64,000 nucleotides of DNA from a bacterium (GCA_030647355.1 JAUSIS010000006.1:253465-317464); one strand, 5' to 3'; positions 47,717 through 58,399 are shown, numbered from the stretch's first letter. The notes: a model not told the origin generated them from the sequence alone. Program-made: numbers and translations.

Positions 47717-49291
47717 ATGGAAAGAGAATATACAAAAGCAGTAATCTATTGCCGAGTATCTTCCGAAAAACAAGTTAAGGAAGGGAACGGCTTAGACAGC
47801 CAAGAGCACAGATGCAGGAAGTATGCCGCTTCACTTAATTTAGAGGTGGAGAATGTTTTTAGAGACGAGGGCATATCCGGCGGGCTCTTTGATAGACCGG
47901 CGATGAAGTCCTTGATTGAGTACCTCGATAGCCATTGGCAAACGAAATACTTTGTAATCTTCGATGACCTCAAAAGGTTTGCTAGAGATGTGGAAGTTCA
48001 CATTAAACTTAAATCCGAATTAAAATGCAGGGAAGCTAAACTTAGTTGCTTAAACTATAATTTTGATGATAGCGCCGAAGGAGAATTTGTCGAAACAATC
48101 TTTGCCGCCCAAAATGAGCTTGAGCGCAAACAAAACAGACGGCAGGTCTGCCAAAAGATGAAAGCAAGGATAGAACGTGGCTACTGGTGCTTTTTTCCGC
48201 CTACCGGCTATGAATATGTCAAAGATAAAGAACACGGAAAAATACTTACCCCCGTCCAGCCAATTGCTAAAGTTCTGGCTGAAGGTCTAACAGCTTTTGG
48301 AGATAACCGGCTATTAGAGCAAGTCGACTTTCTTAATTATTTGAAAACAAAGAATTTCCATATCCTGATAGGTAAAGATATAAAACGTCTAACATTTGAA
48401 TATGTTAAGGGTCTTTTGACCCAACCACTTTATGCGGGGATAATTGAATACGATGAATGGAGCATTCCCAAAAGAAAGGGACACCATAAGGCAATTATTT
48501 CCGAAGATGTCTACTACAAAATACAAAATAAATTAAAACGGCCCGATAGGTTGCCAAGACCAACCGATAATCTTGAGTTTCCTTTGCGAAGAGTTATCAC
48601 TTGTTCTGTCTGCGGTATTAATATGACTGGCAGCGTAAACAAAGGAAAGTATAAATACTACGGTCATTATACTTGTAACAATAAAGATTGCACCGCCGAA
48701 CCAAAAAATGTCAGGATCGAAAAATTAGAAGGCGATTATATTCAGCTTTTGGAAAACATTGCGGTTGAAGAGCAGTTTTTGGCAATGAGCAAGGTTATAG
48801 TCAAGAGAATTTGGGAACAGAAAGTTGAAGACGCTTCCACCACCAGTGCGCTAAAAGAAACTGAGAAAAAAGAACTGGAGAAATTAGTTGATGATTATGT
48901 CGATCTTATCCCAAAAACAAGATCTGAGAGCATTAGGGCACGCTATGAAGAGAAAATAGAAACACTCGACAAACGTATAAAAGAGCTTGAAAGCGAAACC
49001 AAAAACAAAAAAGCACCCGATCTAGATGAGGCTCTTAATCTAACGTTAAAATTGCTCGGAACACCGGCGGAAACATGGAAAAACTCTGATAAGGACACGA
49101 AAATCCTACTACATAAGATGATTTTTACAGAAAACCCAACTTACTCTGCAAAAACAGGATTTGGAACACCGAAATTATCGCTCCCATTCCATATAAAACA
49201 GTATATTTGTGACTTTAACTCCGGTGTGGTGGACCTAAGGAGACTCGAACTCCTGACCTCCTCCATGCCATGGAGGCGCTCTACCAACTAA
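47717..49291 (+). CDS. Large serine recombinase (integrase)
   Basis: N-terminal resolvase domain AVIYCRVSSEKQ...SGG. Zn-ribbon CSVCG...C and coiled-coil recombinase domains. The 3' end overlaps tRNA-Ala. Confidence 0.85.
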   Translation: MEREYTKAVIYCRVSSEKQVKEGNGLDSQEHRCRKYAASLNLEVENVFRDEGISGGLFDRPAMKSLIEYLDSHWQTKYFVIFDDLKRFARDVEVHIKLKSELKCREAKLSCLNYNFDDSAEGEFVETIFAAQNELERKQNRRQVCQKMKARIERGYWCFFPPTGYEYVKDKEHGKILTPVQPIAKVLAEGLTAFGDNRLLEQVDFLNYLKTKNFHILIGKDIKRLTFEYVKGLLTQPLYAGIIEYDEWSIPKRKGHHKAIISEDVYYKIQNKLKRPDRLPRPTDNLEFPLRRVITCSVCGINMTGSVNKGKYKYYGHYTCNNKDCTAEPKNVRIEKLEGDYIQLLENIAVEEQFLAMSKVIVKRIWEQKVEDASTTSALKETEKKELEKLVDDYVDLIPKTRSESIRARYEEKIETLDKRIKELESETKNKKAPDLDEALNLTLKLLGTPAETWKNSDKDTKILLHKMIFTENPTYSAKTGFGTPKLSLPFHIKQYICDFNSGVVDLRRLELLTSSMPWRRSTN

Positions 49292-49302
49292 GCTATAGGC
49301 CC
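49227..49302 (-). tRNA. tRNA-Ala(GGC)
   Basis: Cloverleaf parsed by eye: acceptor GGGCCTA/TAGGTCC with G3:U70, D-arm GCTTAGTTGGTAGAGC, anticodon loop ATGGCAT, T-arm AGGAGTTCGAGTCTCCT, CCA encoded. Confidence 0.85.
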
Positions 49303-49353
49303 AACTTTTAGTAGAATAATTATACTACAAAACCAACCTCGAAGCAATTATCA

Positions 49354-50451
49354 CTACTTACTATTCAAAAAGTTCTCTACCATAACCCTCATTTGCGTCT
49401 CTTCATCCGGTTCGACAACCAGTACCTCAAAATCCTTTATAAAAGATAGATTATTTAAAATTAAATTTCTTATTTCAGCAGACTTAGACCCGATCGCCCC
49501 AGTGAAGATTAACGTATCAATACCGCCTAAGATTGCCGCATATGCGCCAATGTACTTAACAACTCGGTCTGTAAATAATTCAATAGACAAACGTGCATTA
49601 TCAATATAATTCTCCTTTTTCGGCATATTGCTTGCCGGTATATACTTTTCATCATCAACCTTAAATCCTCCAATATATAAAACATCACGCATATCTTCAC
49701 TTAAATTGCTCACACCCTTCACTCCCGATTCATTCTGAAGGATTTTCTCAACTTCTGAAATATCCGCTCCATTTTTTAACATATAAAAAATCAAACCTCC
49801 GTCAATATCTCCGGTATCAGTCATACCCATTAAACCCACCATCGGAGAAAAACCTCCGGAGTGATCAACGCAGCGCCCTTCCAATACCGCCGCAATCGAA
49901 CAAGTTGTACCCAAGTGAACACTTATAGTCCTCTGGGTTCTAATTAATCCAAGATCTAACTGGGCCTTTTCTATTGAATGCTCATGGCTAATTCCATGCC
50001 GACCAAGTTTTTTAAAATCATATTTACTAACGACCTCTTCAGATAATGGGTAAATTTTGGCAACTCTGTTCAAATCTCCAAAAAAACAATCATCAAACAC
50101 TGCAAAATGTGTCGCACGAGGGAAAATAGGTATAACCGTTTCCATCACATCAAAACTAGCAAAATCAAAAAATGGAATTTTCTTTCCATAATCTTTCAAT
50201 TCATCAATGATCTTTTTGTCCAGTTTGGTAACTTTCGAAAATTTACCGACACTAAAAGGTAACTTGTAAGCAATAGAATGTACTTCCGATGCATCAACCG
50301 ACAAACCTTGGTATAACTTTTCCCAAGCATGAATATGATTCAAAACACTACCATAGCCAATCCGATCTACTGCTCCTCCCTTGACCATCTTTTCGCCATT
50401 AAATAGTTTACATTTTACTGATGTTTTACCAACATTAATCGTTAGAATCAT
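49354..50451 (-). CDS. ackA: Acetate/propionate kinase family protein
   Basis: MILTINVGKTSVKCKLF N-terminal ATP site and ...HLGTTCSIAAVLEGRCVDHSGGFSPMVGLMGMTDTGDIDGG. Confidence 0.7.
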   Translation of the reverse strand: MILTINVGKTSVKCKLFNGEKMVKGGAVDRIGYGSVLNHIHAWEKLYQGLSVDASEVHSIAYKLPFSVGKFSKVTKLDKKIIDELKDYGKKIPFFDFASFDVMETVIPIFPRATHFAVFDDCFFGDLNRVAKIYPLSEEVVSKYDFKKLGRHGISHEHSIEKAQLDLGLIRTQRTISVHLGTTCSIAAVLEGRCVDHSGGFSPMVGLMGMTDTGDIDGGLIFYMLKNGADISEVEKILQNESGVKGVSNLSEDMRDVLYIGGFKVDDEKYIPASNMPKKENYIDNARLSIELFTDRVVKYIGAYAAILGGIDTLIFTGAIGSKSAEIRNLILNNLSFIKDFEVLVVEPDEETQMRVMVENFLNSK

Positions 50452-52016
50452 ATTTGTCCTTCAACATTTTGATTAATTAATAAACTCTTACCAGTCATCT
50501 CTGGCGGAATAGGAATTGACAAGTAATCAAGGATAGTTGGGGCTATATCGGATAATATACCGGAACTCCTTAAGGTAATTGGCTTATAGGTATTTACAAA
50601 GAAGAAAGGGACAGGATTAGTAGTATGCTCAGTATCCGGTCCTCCGGTAGCATTATTAATCATCTGCTCGGCATTTCCGTGATCAGCGGTAACTATCAAA
50701 CTGCCATGAATTCTAATAATTTCTTTCTTAATCCGTCCCAAACATCCATCAACTACTTCTACGGCTTGAGTAGTCGCTCGGATATTTCCTGAATGACCCA
50801 CCATATCCAAATTAGCAAAATTTACCACAATAAAATCGTATTTTTTCAATTTTTTTATTATCTCATCGGTTAATTTTGGAGCGGACATCTCTGGTTTTTG
50901 CTCATAAGTTGCTACCTTGGGCGATTCGATCATTATCCTATCCTCGCGCCCGAACGGAGCTTCAACGCCACCATTAAAGAAATAAGTGACATGCGGATAT
51001 TTAGCCGTTTCGGCAATATGTAGCTGTCTCCATCCTAAATCAGAAAACACCTTTGCTAAGGGCTGGGAAACCAATCTCGGAGAAAAAGCCACCTCAACCG
51101 GCAACCCTTCTTGATAGGACGTAAACGCTACAAAATATAAATCATTCCTCACTGTTCCGCGCCTAAAATTTCTAAAATCTGGCCTTACTAAAGCCTGCGT
51201 CAACTCTCTCGCTCTATCAGCCCGATAATTAAAAAATATAATAGCATCGTTATCTTTAATAAAATGCTTTACCTGATCCTTATCGCGAATCGCTGTCGCC
51301 ACAATAAATTCATCGCTTTGCCCCTTTCGGTAGGCATCGGAGATAGCCGCCGCAGGCGATAATGACTCTTGACCCGTACCTTCAGTTAGCACCCTATAAA
51401 CCGGCTCAACCCTCTCCCAGCGATTCTCACGATCCATTGCATAATATCTTCCCGAAACAGAAGCTATTACTCCTACACCAACTTCTTGAATCTTGCGCTC
51501 CAGTAGCCCCAAGTACCGGAGAGCTTCAGCTGGTGCAGTATCTCGCCCGTCAGTAAAGATATGAATAAAAACATCGCTTACCCCTTCCCGTTTAGCCATC
51601 TCAAGTAAAGCAAAAAGGTGAGAAATGTGACTGTGAACTCCACCATCGCTAAGTAGTCCCATTAAATGAATTTGGGATTTATTTTTTTTGACATAATCGA
51701 AAGCACTTTTGAGACGTTCATTATCGTAAAAGGACCCATCCTTTATTGTAGCCGAAATAGAAGGAAGATCTTGGTGAACAATCTGACCGCAACCAATATT
51801 CAAATGCCCAACTTCCGAATTACCTCTCTCGCCAACTGGCAACCCTACAGATCCCTCTGCCGCACCCAAGATAGATTTTGGTGCCGTCCGCCAGAGCTCA
51901 TTTATTATCGGTGACTTTGCTACCGAAGTTGCATTCCCACCCCATGGCGCCGCGATTCCCCAGCCGTCAACTATAATCAAAACCATCGGTCTACCAGGTC
52001 TCATACCCCTCCTCAC
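50448..52016 (-). CDS. gpmI: 2,3-bisphosphoglycerate-independent phosphoglycerate mutase
   Basis: PMVLIIVDGWG...SEVGHLN...and other iPGM motifs. Confidence 0.9.
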   Translation of the reverse strand: MRRGMRPGRPMVLIIVDGWGIAAPWGGNATSVAKSPIINELWRTAPKSILGAAEGSVGLPVGERGNSEVGHLNIGCGQIVHQDLPSISATIKDGSFYDNERLKSAFDYVKKNKSQIHLMGLLSDGGVHSHISHLFALLEMAKREGVSDVFIHIFTDGRDTAPAEALRYLGLLERKIQEVGVGVIASVSGRYYAMDRENRWERVEPVYRVLTEGTGQESLSPAAAISDAYRKGQSDEFIVATAIRDKDQVKHFIKDNDAIIFFNYRADRARELTQALVRPDFRNFRRGTVRNDLYFVAFTSYQEGLPVEVAFSPRLVSQPLAKVFSDLGWRQLHIAETAKYPHVTYFFNGGVEAPFGREDRIMIESPKVATYEQKPEMSAPKLTDEIIKKLKKYDFIVVNFANLDMVGHSGNIRATTQAVEVVDGCLGRIKKEIIRIHGSLIVTADHGNAEQMINNATGGPDTEHTTNPVPFFFVNTYKPITLRSSGILSDIAPTILDYLSIPIPPEMTGKSLLINQNVEGQI

Positions 52017-52019
52017 AAC

Positions 52020-53231
52020 CTATACCTTTTCTGCCTTCAATTCCTGCTCGATTTCCGCTAACCGCTCATATTTAACCATTCTCTCTCTATGCTCAGGGTT
52101 AGGCGCACCCGCCTTAATATACCCGGCGCCAGTTCCAACTGCCAAATCTGCAATAAATGAATCTTCAGTTTCACCAGCTCGGTGGGAAATTATATGTACA
52201 TAGTTATTTTCCTTGGCAACTCTGATAACATCCAATATCTCCGAAATAGTTCCTGCTTGATTAGGCTTTATCAGGATGGCGTTTCCAACATTTTCCTTAA
52301 CACCTTGCCTTAAACGATCTGCATTAGTGGAAAATATATCATCTCCAACCAGAAATACCGTTTTACCTTCTCTATCAATCTCATGCATCTGTATATCCAG
52401 TTGCGTCCACCAATGCCAATCATCAGCCGGCAGCGGATCCTCAAGATAAATGATCGGGTAAGTTTTCAATAGATCAACATAATGCTTATCGGTTAATTGA
52501 AAAGTAGGCGGTAGAAAAGAAGCCGCCACATCAATCGCCAAAAAAACATCCTTACCGGGAATATATCCTGCTTCTTTAATTGCCTCCAGCAACAGACCCA
52601 AAGCCATTTCATTGGTGTCAAGATCCGGAGCATAACCACCCTCGTCTCCAACACCGGTTTTTAGACCCTTGGCCTCAAGTACAGCTTTCAGCTTGTTAAA
52701 AATATTCATCCCCGCATCTAGTTTCTCTTTGAATGACGGAGGACCAACCGGAACTGTCATAAACTCCTGATAGTCAATATTGTTATCCGCATGCTGACCA
52801 CCATTGATCGCATTAAAGACTGGGGTTGGCATTTTGATACTTTTTCCCTCATCAAACGATCTTCCAATATGCTCAAATAAAGAAACACTATTAGATTTAG
52901 CCAGCGCCCTCGCCATCGCTATACTGACGGCTAAGGTTGTATTCGCTCCTAACCTGGATTTATCCGGTGTACCATCTAGATCGGTAATTATTTTATCAAT
53001 AGCCGCTTGATCGGTCAGCTCAAGACCTATTAGTTTGGGCTTAATATCCCCTTCGACATTGCGCACAGCCACCGAAACATCAACCACATGCACAACATTT
53101 GCTTGCCCGCCACCGCTAGGAACAGAGGCCTTCGCTTTATACCCATTATCCAGCTCAACCTCCACCTCTAAGGTTTTGTCCCCCCGCGAATCATTAATAG
53201 GATACGCTTTGATACCTACTAACTTGCTCAT
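52020..53231 (-). CDS. eno: Enolase
   Basis: INDSRGDKTLEVEV...SHRAGETEDSFIADLAV enolase signature. Confidence 0.9.
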   Translation of the reverse strand: MSKLVGIKAYPINDSRGDKTLEVEVELDNGYKAKASVPSGGGQANVVHVVDVSVAVRNVEGDIKPKLIGLELTDQAAIDKIITDLDGTPDKSRLGANTTLAVSIAMARALAKSNSVSLFEHIGRSFDEGKSIKMPTPVFNAINGGQHADNNIDYQEFMTVPVGPPSFKEKLDAGMNIFNKLKAVLEAKGLKTGVGDEGGYAPDLDTNEMALGLLLEAIKEAGYIPGKDVFLAIDVAASFLPPTFQLTDKHYVDLLKTYPIIYLEDPLPADDWHWWTQLDIQMHEIDREGKTVFLVGDDIFSTNADRLRQGVKENVGNAILIKPNQAGTISEILDVIRVAKENNYVHIISHRAGETEDSFIADLAVGTGAGYIKAGAPNPEHRERMVKYERLAEIEQELKAEKV

Positions 53232-53248
53232 ACAATCTCCTTTTTTAT

Positions 53249-54307
53249 TTATCCTAACTGCTTCTTCAAAAAGTCAACTTCTTCAATACTTGTCGGATTG
53301 ACCTCATCCAATATGGCCATATAATAAGACACATAATCTCCCAAGTAAAGCATCAATAACATTTCTGCGAGAATAGAGCTGCTGGGCTGTACAGTAATGG
53401 TGTCGAATTTAATTCCCTTTTTCTGAAGCAACTGTCCGATTATATTCTGTCTTTGTTTATTTCGTGGATGATCGTGTTTTGACTGCAAAAAAAGCACATA
53501 CATTTGCTTTAATATATCTGCCGGAAGCCGAAGCCCTGTTAACCAGTTATGACAAAGCTCGGGGAGCATCAAATCAAACCCCAGATGCTTTGAATTTTCA
53601 TTAATCTGCGTCCTCCAACGATAAGCTACGGGCGCCATCACCCCCGCACCAATAGTAACCGGAAAAACATTTTGGAGCGTCATTGCTATTTTCTTGGCTT
53701 CATTTTGATAAGTCGGAACCGTTGGCGCTAGTTTTGTTCGAATTCCTCTCATGAGTAAAATTGTTTCTTCTACATCATCTTTACCTAAATCAATTAATCC
53801 TAGCTTGCATAAAATCCCTAGAGTACTCACAAATGAATAACCAAGCGCTGCCCTAGGCTGTGATTTGTAACTGATCTTGTAGACAGGCGCTTTGAAATTA
53901 GACGCCACAGATGCCAGCTCTCCTCCAGTTGTAATAGCAACTAATTTTGCCTTCCTCTTGCCGGCTTCCCGGAAAGCAGCCAATGTTTCTTCTGTCCCAC
54001 CCGAATAGCTCACGGCGATTACCAAACTATCCGTACCGACATATTTTGGTAATTCATAAAAATTGGCCACCTCAACTGGTACTTTGGAGTCCAGCATTGC
54101 CAACGCTTTCGCCAGCATTCCTCCGATTCCGCTTCCTCCCATACCCAATATAACAACATTATTAATCCTAATATAATTTGCGGGTAGCACGAAGTTTTTT
54201 ATTTCACCCCAGCAATGTTCTATTTGATCAGGCAACTCCTCGATCGACTTTAGCATGTCCTGTTGATCAATTGCCTTAATATGATTTGGTTGATCTAAGT
54301 TAGCCAT
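53249..54307 (-). CDS. Bifunctional phosphoglucose/phosphomannose isomerase (SIS domain)
   Basis: VVILGMGGSGIGG SIS motif and a C-terminal PGI/PMI-type domain. Confidence 0.7.
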   Translation of the reverse strand: MANLDQPNHIKAIDQQDMLKSIEELPDQIEHCWGEIKNFVLPANYIRINNVVILGMGGSGIGGMLAKALAMLDSKVPVEVANFYELPKYVGTDSLVIAVSYSGGTEETLAAFREAGKRKAKLVAITTGGELASVASNFKAPVYKISYKSQPRAALGYSFVSTLGILCKLGLIDLGKDDVEETILLMRGIRTKLAPTVPTYQNEAKKIAMTLQNVFPVTIGAGVMAPVAYRWRTQINENSKHLGFDLMLPELCHNWLTGLRLPADILKQMYVLFLQSKHDHPRNKQRQNIIGQLLQKKGIKFDTITVQPSSSILAEMLLMLYLGDYVSYYMAILDEVNPTSIEEVDFLKKQLG

Positions 54308-54635
54308 ATATACTCCCTATCGCCAGCATAGCACGATACCCCTGACTATTCAAGTAAATATATAATAATATAAACCCTAAAAACATACCACAAATCCAGT
54401 TATCCACAACACTCGCTTGCAAATAAAAACCACTATTGCTAGTATCAAAACGATCGTTAATAACCAAATTTAGTAGTGTAAGGATAAACCGGTGAAAAAC
54501 CGGTGCGGTCCCGCCACTGTAAATTCTGAGTAAGGCGAAGAATTTATCCCGAGCTTAGTCGAGGGATAAGCCCTTCGACTCGCTTCGCTCGCTCAGGACA
54601 AGCCAGAAAACCTGCTGCTAAATCGTTAAGTCCTC

Positions 54636-54662
54636 CGGGCCTGAGGCAAATCTTTTTTTTAA
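54636..54662 (+). terminator. Rho-independent terminator closing a candidate plus-strand small RNA
   Basis: Stem CCTCCGGGCCTGAGG region followed by T9. No plus-strand CDS lies upstream. Confidence 0.35.
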
Positions 54663-54731
54663 TACCTTAGCCCGATGCAAGGTATTTTTGTTATAAAGTT
54701 ATTAGTTAATAAGTTACTTGAAAGGAGTAAT

Positions 54732-55163
54732 ATGTTCAAACGCATCATCGTCCCGCTGGTAATCGTGCTAGCTCTACTGGTAGGAGGCTACTATACCTAT
54801 AAAAACCCTGCGAGCAATTCTAAGCCAAAACCAACTTCCCAAACAACCAAAGATCAAGGTCAAATTTCAATTACATTAAAAACAACAAATGGCAGTACGC
54901 AGACATCCAATAACATAAAAGTCAAAAAAGACTCAACTGTCCTGGAAGCCATGCAAACAGCAAAGGAGCAAAAAAAGCTTGAGTTCACTTCTTCGTCATC
55001 TAGCATGGGTGTATTGATTGAATCAATCAATGGAGTCAAAAGCGACGCTACTACCAACCAATACTGGTCTTATTATCTAAACGGCACTATGGCTTCACAG
55101 GGCGTAGGCGCACAAAAAGTTTCCGCCAAAGATACTATCGAATGGAAATACGAAAAATTCTAA
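54732..55163 (+). CDS. DUF4430-like secreted/surface protein
   Basis: RBS AAAGGAG. Signal-anchor. The C-terminal ...YWSYYLNGTMASQGVGAQKVSAKDTIEWKY pattern matches DUF4430. Confidence 0.4.
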   Translation: MFKRIIVPLVIVLALLVGGYYTYKNPASNSKPKPTSQTTKDQGQISITLKTTNGSTQTSNNIKVKKDSTVLEAMQTAKEQKKLEFTSSSSSMGVLIESINGVKSDATTNQYWSYYLNGTMASQGVGAQKVSAKDTIEWKYEKF

Positions 55164-55228
55164 GTATATACTTTCCTAAAGTCTGGATTACATGTAAGCT
55201 AGATACATAAATACCTCAAGGAGGAATT

Positions 55229-55669
55229 GTGTCTAAAGAAAAGTTTAGAATCCGTTGTGCCGTCTATTTAGTTTTAATCAAAAACAGCAAGGTTCTGCTT
55301 ATGAGAAGACAGGGGACTACCTTTTACAAAGATTTCTATATGATGCCTGCCGGCCATATTGAAGGTCGCGAGACTCTCACTCAAGCGCTAATTCGTGAAA
55401 CCAAAGAGGAAATTGGTATAGATCTTGAAGAAAAATCCTTGAAAATGGTGCATCTCATGCACCGCGACAGCGCCGATTCAGAATATATTGATATATACTT
55501 TTCCGCCTCCAAATGGAAAGGCACCCCAAAAATTATGGAACCCCATAAATGCGATGATGTAGATTGGTTTGACATTGAAAATCTACCCAAAAATACCGTT
55601 CCATATATCCACGACGCTCTCAATAGTATAAAAAACAAATCAGTCTACAGCGAATCCGGCTGGAAATAA
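55229..55669 (+). CDS. Nudix hydrolase
   Basis: Nudix box PAGHIEGRETLTQALIRETKEEIGI. GTG start with RBS AGGAGG. Confidence 0.7.
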   Translation: MSKEKFRIRCAVYLVLIKNSKVLLMRRQGTTFYKDFYMMPAGHIEGRETLTQALIRETKEEIGIDLEEKSLKMVHLMHRDSADSEYIDIYFSASKWKGTPKIMEPHKCDDVDWFDIENLPKNTVPYIHDALNSIKNKSVYSESGWK

Positions 55670-55916
55670 CTAAAATAAAACAATATACGATACAGCGATG
55701 GTGGTCTATTCTTAAGTTGGCTCGAAGTTTTTATGGCCAAAAAGCCCGACCTGTCCCGAGCGACCTGTGGTGAGCGAAGTCGAACCGAGTCGAGGGAGAA
55801 GAAACCCGTCCGTCCGAATTCTTGAACCTTAACAATTTTTTAATTCGAGTTTATCGAGAATCCAGTTTTTCTTTTGTGGCATACTCCGAGAGTCCGCTCC
55901 CCCTCGATGGTCGTGA

Positions 55917-56588
55917 TCAGTCCACTGATGTCATAGTCGCATTGCTCTTATTCTCGAGTAGGTAGGTCAGCTCAATAAAAATCTTAAACACCACAATTCC
56001 CACCAATCTAACTATCGGGGGAACACTTGATGATTCTCCCCCCGAGATATATGCTCCGGTAAATATTGTCATAATCCCAACTATGATGTAGAGAATGCCA
56101 TTTTCCGCTTCTTTTTGAGGCATGGAGGTTTTATATTTACCCGAAACTATAAAATCTACATAAAAAACGATGCCATATGTGAAAAGCATTGAAAGCAAAG
56201 GATAGAGCGATCCGCTAGATGAAAAGGAACCAAGAAGAAGTTGTTCTACAGGCATGCTTTCATCAACAAGGTATAGTAAGGAGCCAAGGCCAAAAAGAAT
56301 AATTGGATAGTATACAACTGAAAAAAATACCGTCCTTGCTTTAGACCATTTACCAAATACTAGATTTTCGTCAAGAGACCCAACGATCGGCATACTTTGT
56401 GCGGCAATCGTCTTGCATAGTGAAACTATAGACAGTATAACTATCTCCAGCCACATAAGAAAAACGACATAATAAATATGCCATCCAAGGAAATAGACAC
56501 CTAAAATTGGAATAAGATTGTTTATGCCTATGGCCACTATTTTACTAAGAGTTAGCGTTTTGTGGCCAAAGTTTATTAGATCTTTCAT
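55917..56588 (-). CDS. Hypothetical polytopic membrane protein
   Basis: 223 aa, about 6 TM helices. Confidence 0.35.
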   Translation of the reverse strand: MKDLINFGHKTLTLSKIVAIGINNLIPILGVYFLGWHIYYVVFLMWLEIVILSIVSLCKTIAAQSMPIVGSLDENLVFGKWSKARTVFFSVVYYPIILFGLGSLLYLVDESMPVEQLLLGSFSSSGSLYPLLSMLFTYGIVFYVDFIVSGKYKTSMPQKEAENGILYIIVGIMTIFTGAYISGGESSSVPPIVRLVGIVVFKIFIELTYLLENKSNATMTSVD

Positions 56589-56626
56589 TTGTTTGTTATT
56601 TAGCTGCCCATGGAAGTTAGAGAATG

Positions 56627-57136
56627 CTAGATAGGGTTATTTAAGGATAGCCCGGCGCCATCCCTGATGTTATCAGTCATATTCTTGCGTGCTAAAAGAT
56701 GTAGTTTAATAGCGGAGACTATCCAAATAAAAAGGAGCAAGGACCATAATACCCAAATCCAGTTTATATATGGACTTTGTGGAGTTCGTATAATTGCTGT
56801 GTATGAAGTTGGTTCTGAGTTCCATGGAAGAAAAGCATATGGTTCGCCAACATAATATTCTCCGTAGTTAAGACGAAAAATTACAGCATATGGAATTGCT
56901 ATTATTAGCCATATTATTGGCCAATATCTGACCAAACCAATATGTAGATTCTTAATAACCAAGGTAGATATGATAGCAACGGTAATTAATATAACAGTCG
57001 CTAATCCAGATATAATAAAAATCCATTTGAAATTATCATACGAAGGTCCATACATTATTCTGTAGAAAATAGCATATATCGCAAATGTAAACAGAGCCCA
57101 ATATAATAATTTGTAAGCATAGACAATATTTTTCAT
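56627..57136 (-). CDS. Hypothetical polytopic membrane protein
   Basis: 169 aa, aromatic-rich TM helices. Confidence 0.35.
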   Translation of the reverse strand: MKNIVYAYKLLYWALFTFAIYAIFYRIMYGPSYDNFKWIFIISGLATVILITVAIISTLVIKNLHIGLVRYWPIIWLIIAIPYAVIFRLNYGEYYVGEPYAFLPWNSEPTSYTAIIRTPQSPYINWIWVLWSLLLFIWIVSAIKLHLLARKNMTDNIRDGAGLSLNNPI

Positions 57137-57368
57137 TTCCCCTCCTTTCCAATAGAACGATTTATTAAAAATTTTCTTTTACCATTCGACTGCACTCACG
57201 GCAGGCAAAATGTGGTTTCGAGCCGTCCGTCGGCTAGCGGATTCCATGTTCTTTGGCAGTTTATCAATTATCTATACTAAAACTACTCTCCAGACGAGAA
57301 CATGTCAACTTTCGCTAAACTGCAATTAATCCTTTGCGAACTCAAGCCAAACAACTTGGAACACCTGG

Positions 57369-58244
57369 TCACGAACCAATCTTTATCAAAACAACGCCAA
57401 GAATCATAACCATACTTCCAATAATTGTTTCGAGTTTTGGCTTGTCTTTGAAAAAGAAAAAGCTGAACAATAAAACGAAAAGCAATTGAGATCTGAAAAT
57501 TGTCGTAACTAAAGCAACATTCCCTCCACCGATAGCCGAAAAAGCAAGTATCGTTGAAATAGCGCTCAATACACCGAGTATAATAAATAACTTTTTATTA
57601 CTATATATTTCAGTCTTAAAATTTTTATTTCTAAGTTTTAAAACAGGTAAAAAGATTAAAACTGTTAAAACATTTTGAATTAAAAGAACAAAGTTCGTAT
57701 TCTGAGGTATTGTATTATTGATTGCTAGCTTATCAAAAATTACTACAACACTATCGGCTAATGCGGAAACGATCATTAAAGCCGATGCTTTATTTTCAAA
57801 CAAAAGTTTAATGGGTCTTAACAAACCCTCTTTGGCATTACTGACATTTAATATGTATGTCCCAAACAAGGTTACGAAAACTCCAACAATTGCTATAAAT
57901 CCAGATCTTTCGCTTAGAGGAGGTAAATAAGCGATTATTAGAGTAAAAATCGGACTAAGGGCGATAAGCGGATAAATTGCTGACAAATCGGCAATTTTCA
58001 TTGCTCTAAATTGCGCGACCTTATGTATAACATAAAAGAAAACAGAACCAAGTATTCCGATAGCAAACCAGCTGTTTAAATTTGGCATACCTTCTTTTAT
58101 GGCAAAGATTGCGATAATTGGAGTAGCTAAAACAAGCGTGCACCAAGTTAGAACCAGGGGACTCACACTCCGTAAAATTCGCTTATTTAAAATGATTGAA
58201 ATAGCACCTATAACCGATGAACCCAGTGCAACATAAAACCACAT
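57369..58244 (-). CDS. EamA/DMT-superfamily transporter
   Basis: 10-TM pattern with duplicated EamA-like halves. Confidence 0.6.
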   Translation of the reverse strand: MWFYVALGSSVIGAISIILNKRILRSVSPLVLTWCTLVLATPIIAIFAIKEGMPNLNSWFAIGILGSVFFYVIHKVAQFRAMKIADLSAIYPLIALSPIFTLIIAYLPPLSERSGFIAIVGVFVTLFGTYILNVSNAKEGLLRPIKLLFENKASALMIVSALADSVVVIFDKLAINNTIPQNTNFVLLIQNVLTVLIFLPVLKLRNKNFKTEIYSNKKLFIILGVLSAISTILAFSAIGGGNVALVTTIFRSQLLFVLLFSFFFFKDKPKLETIIGSMVMILGVVLIKIGS

Positions 58245-58399
58245 ACTTAACTTTCATGACTTAGCTAACACCTGAATTATCTCATAAAGTGCCTAGCTAA
58301 ACCACCGGTGAACCAGAGCCAAAAAACTTGGAACACTATTCCAAAAAAAGAAGGTCTGCCATATAGACAGACCCCAATAGAGACGAAAAAGCGCAGGGC

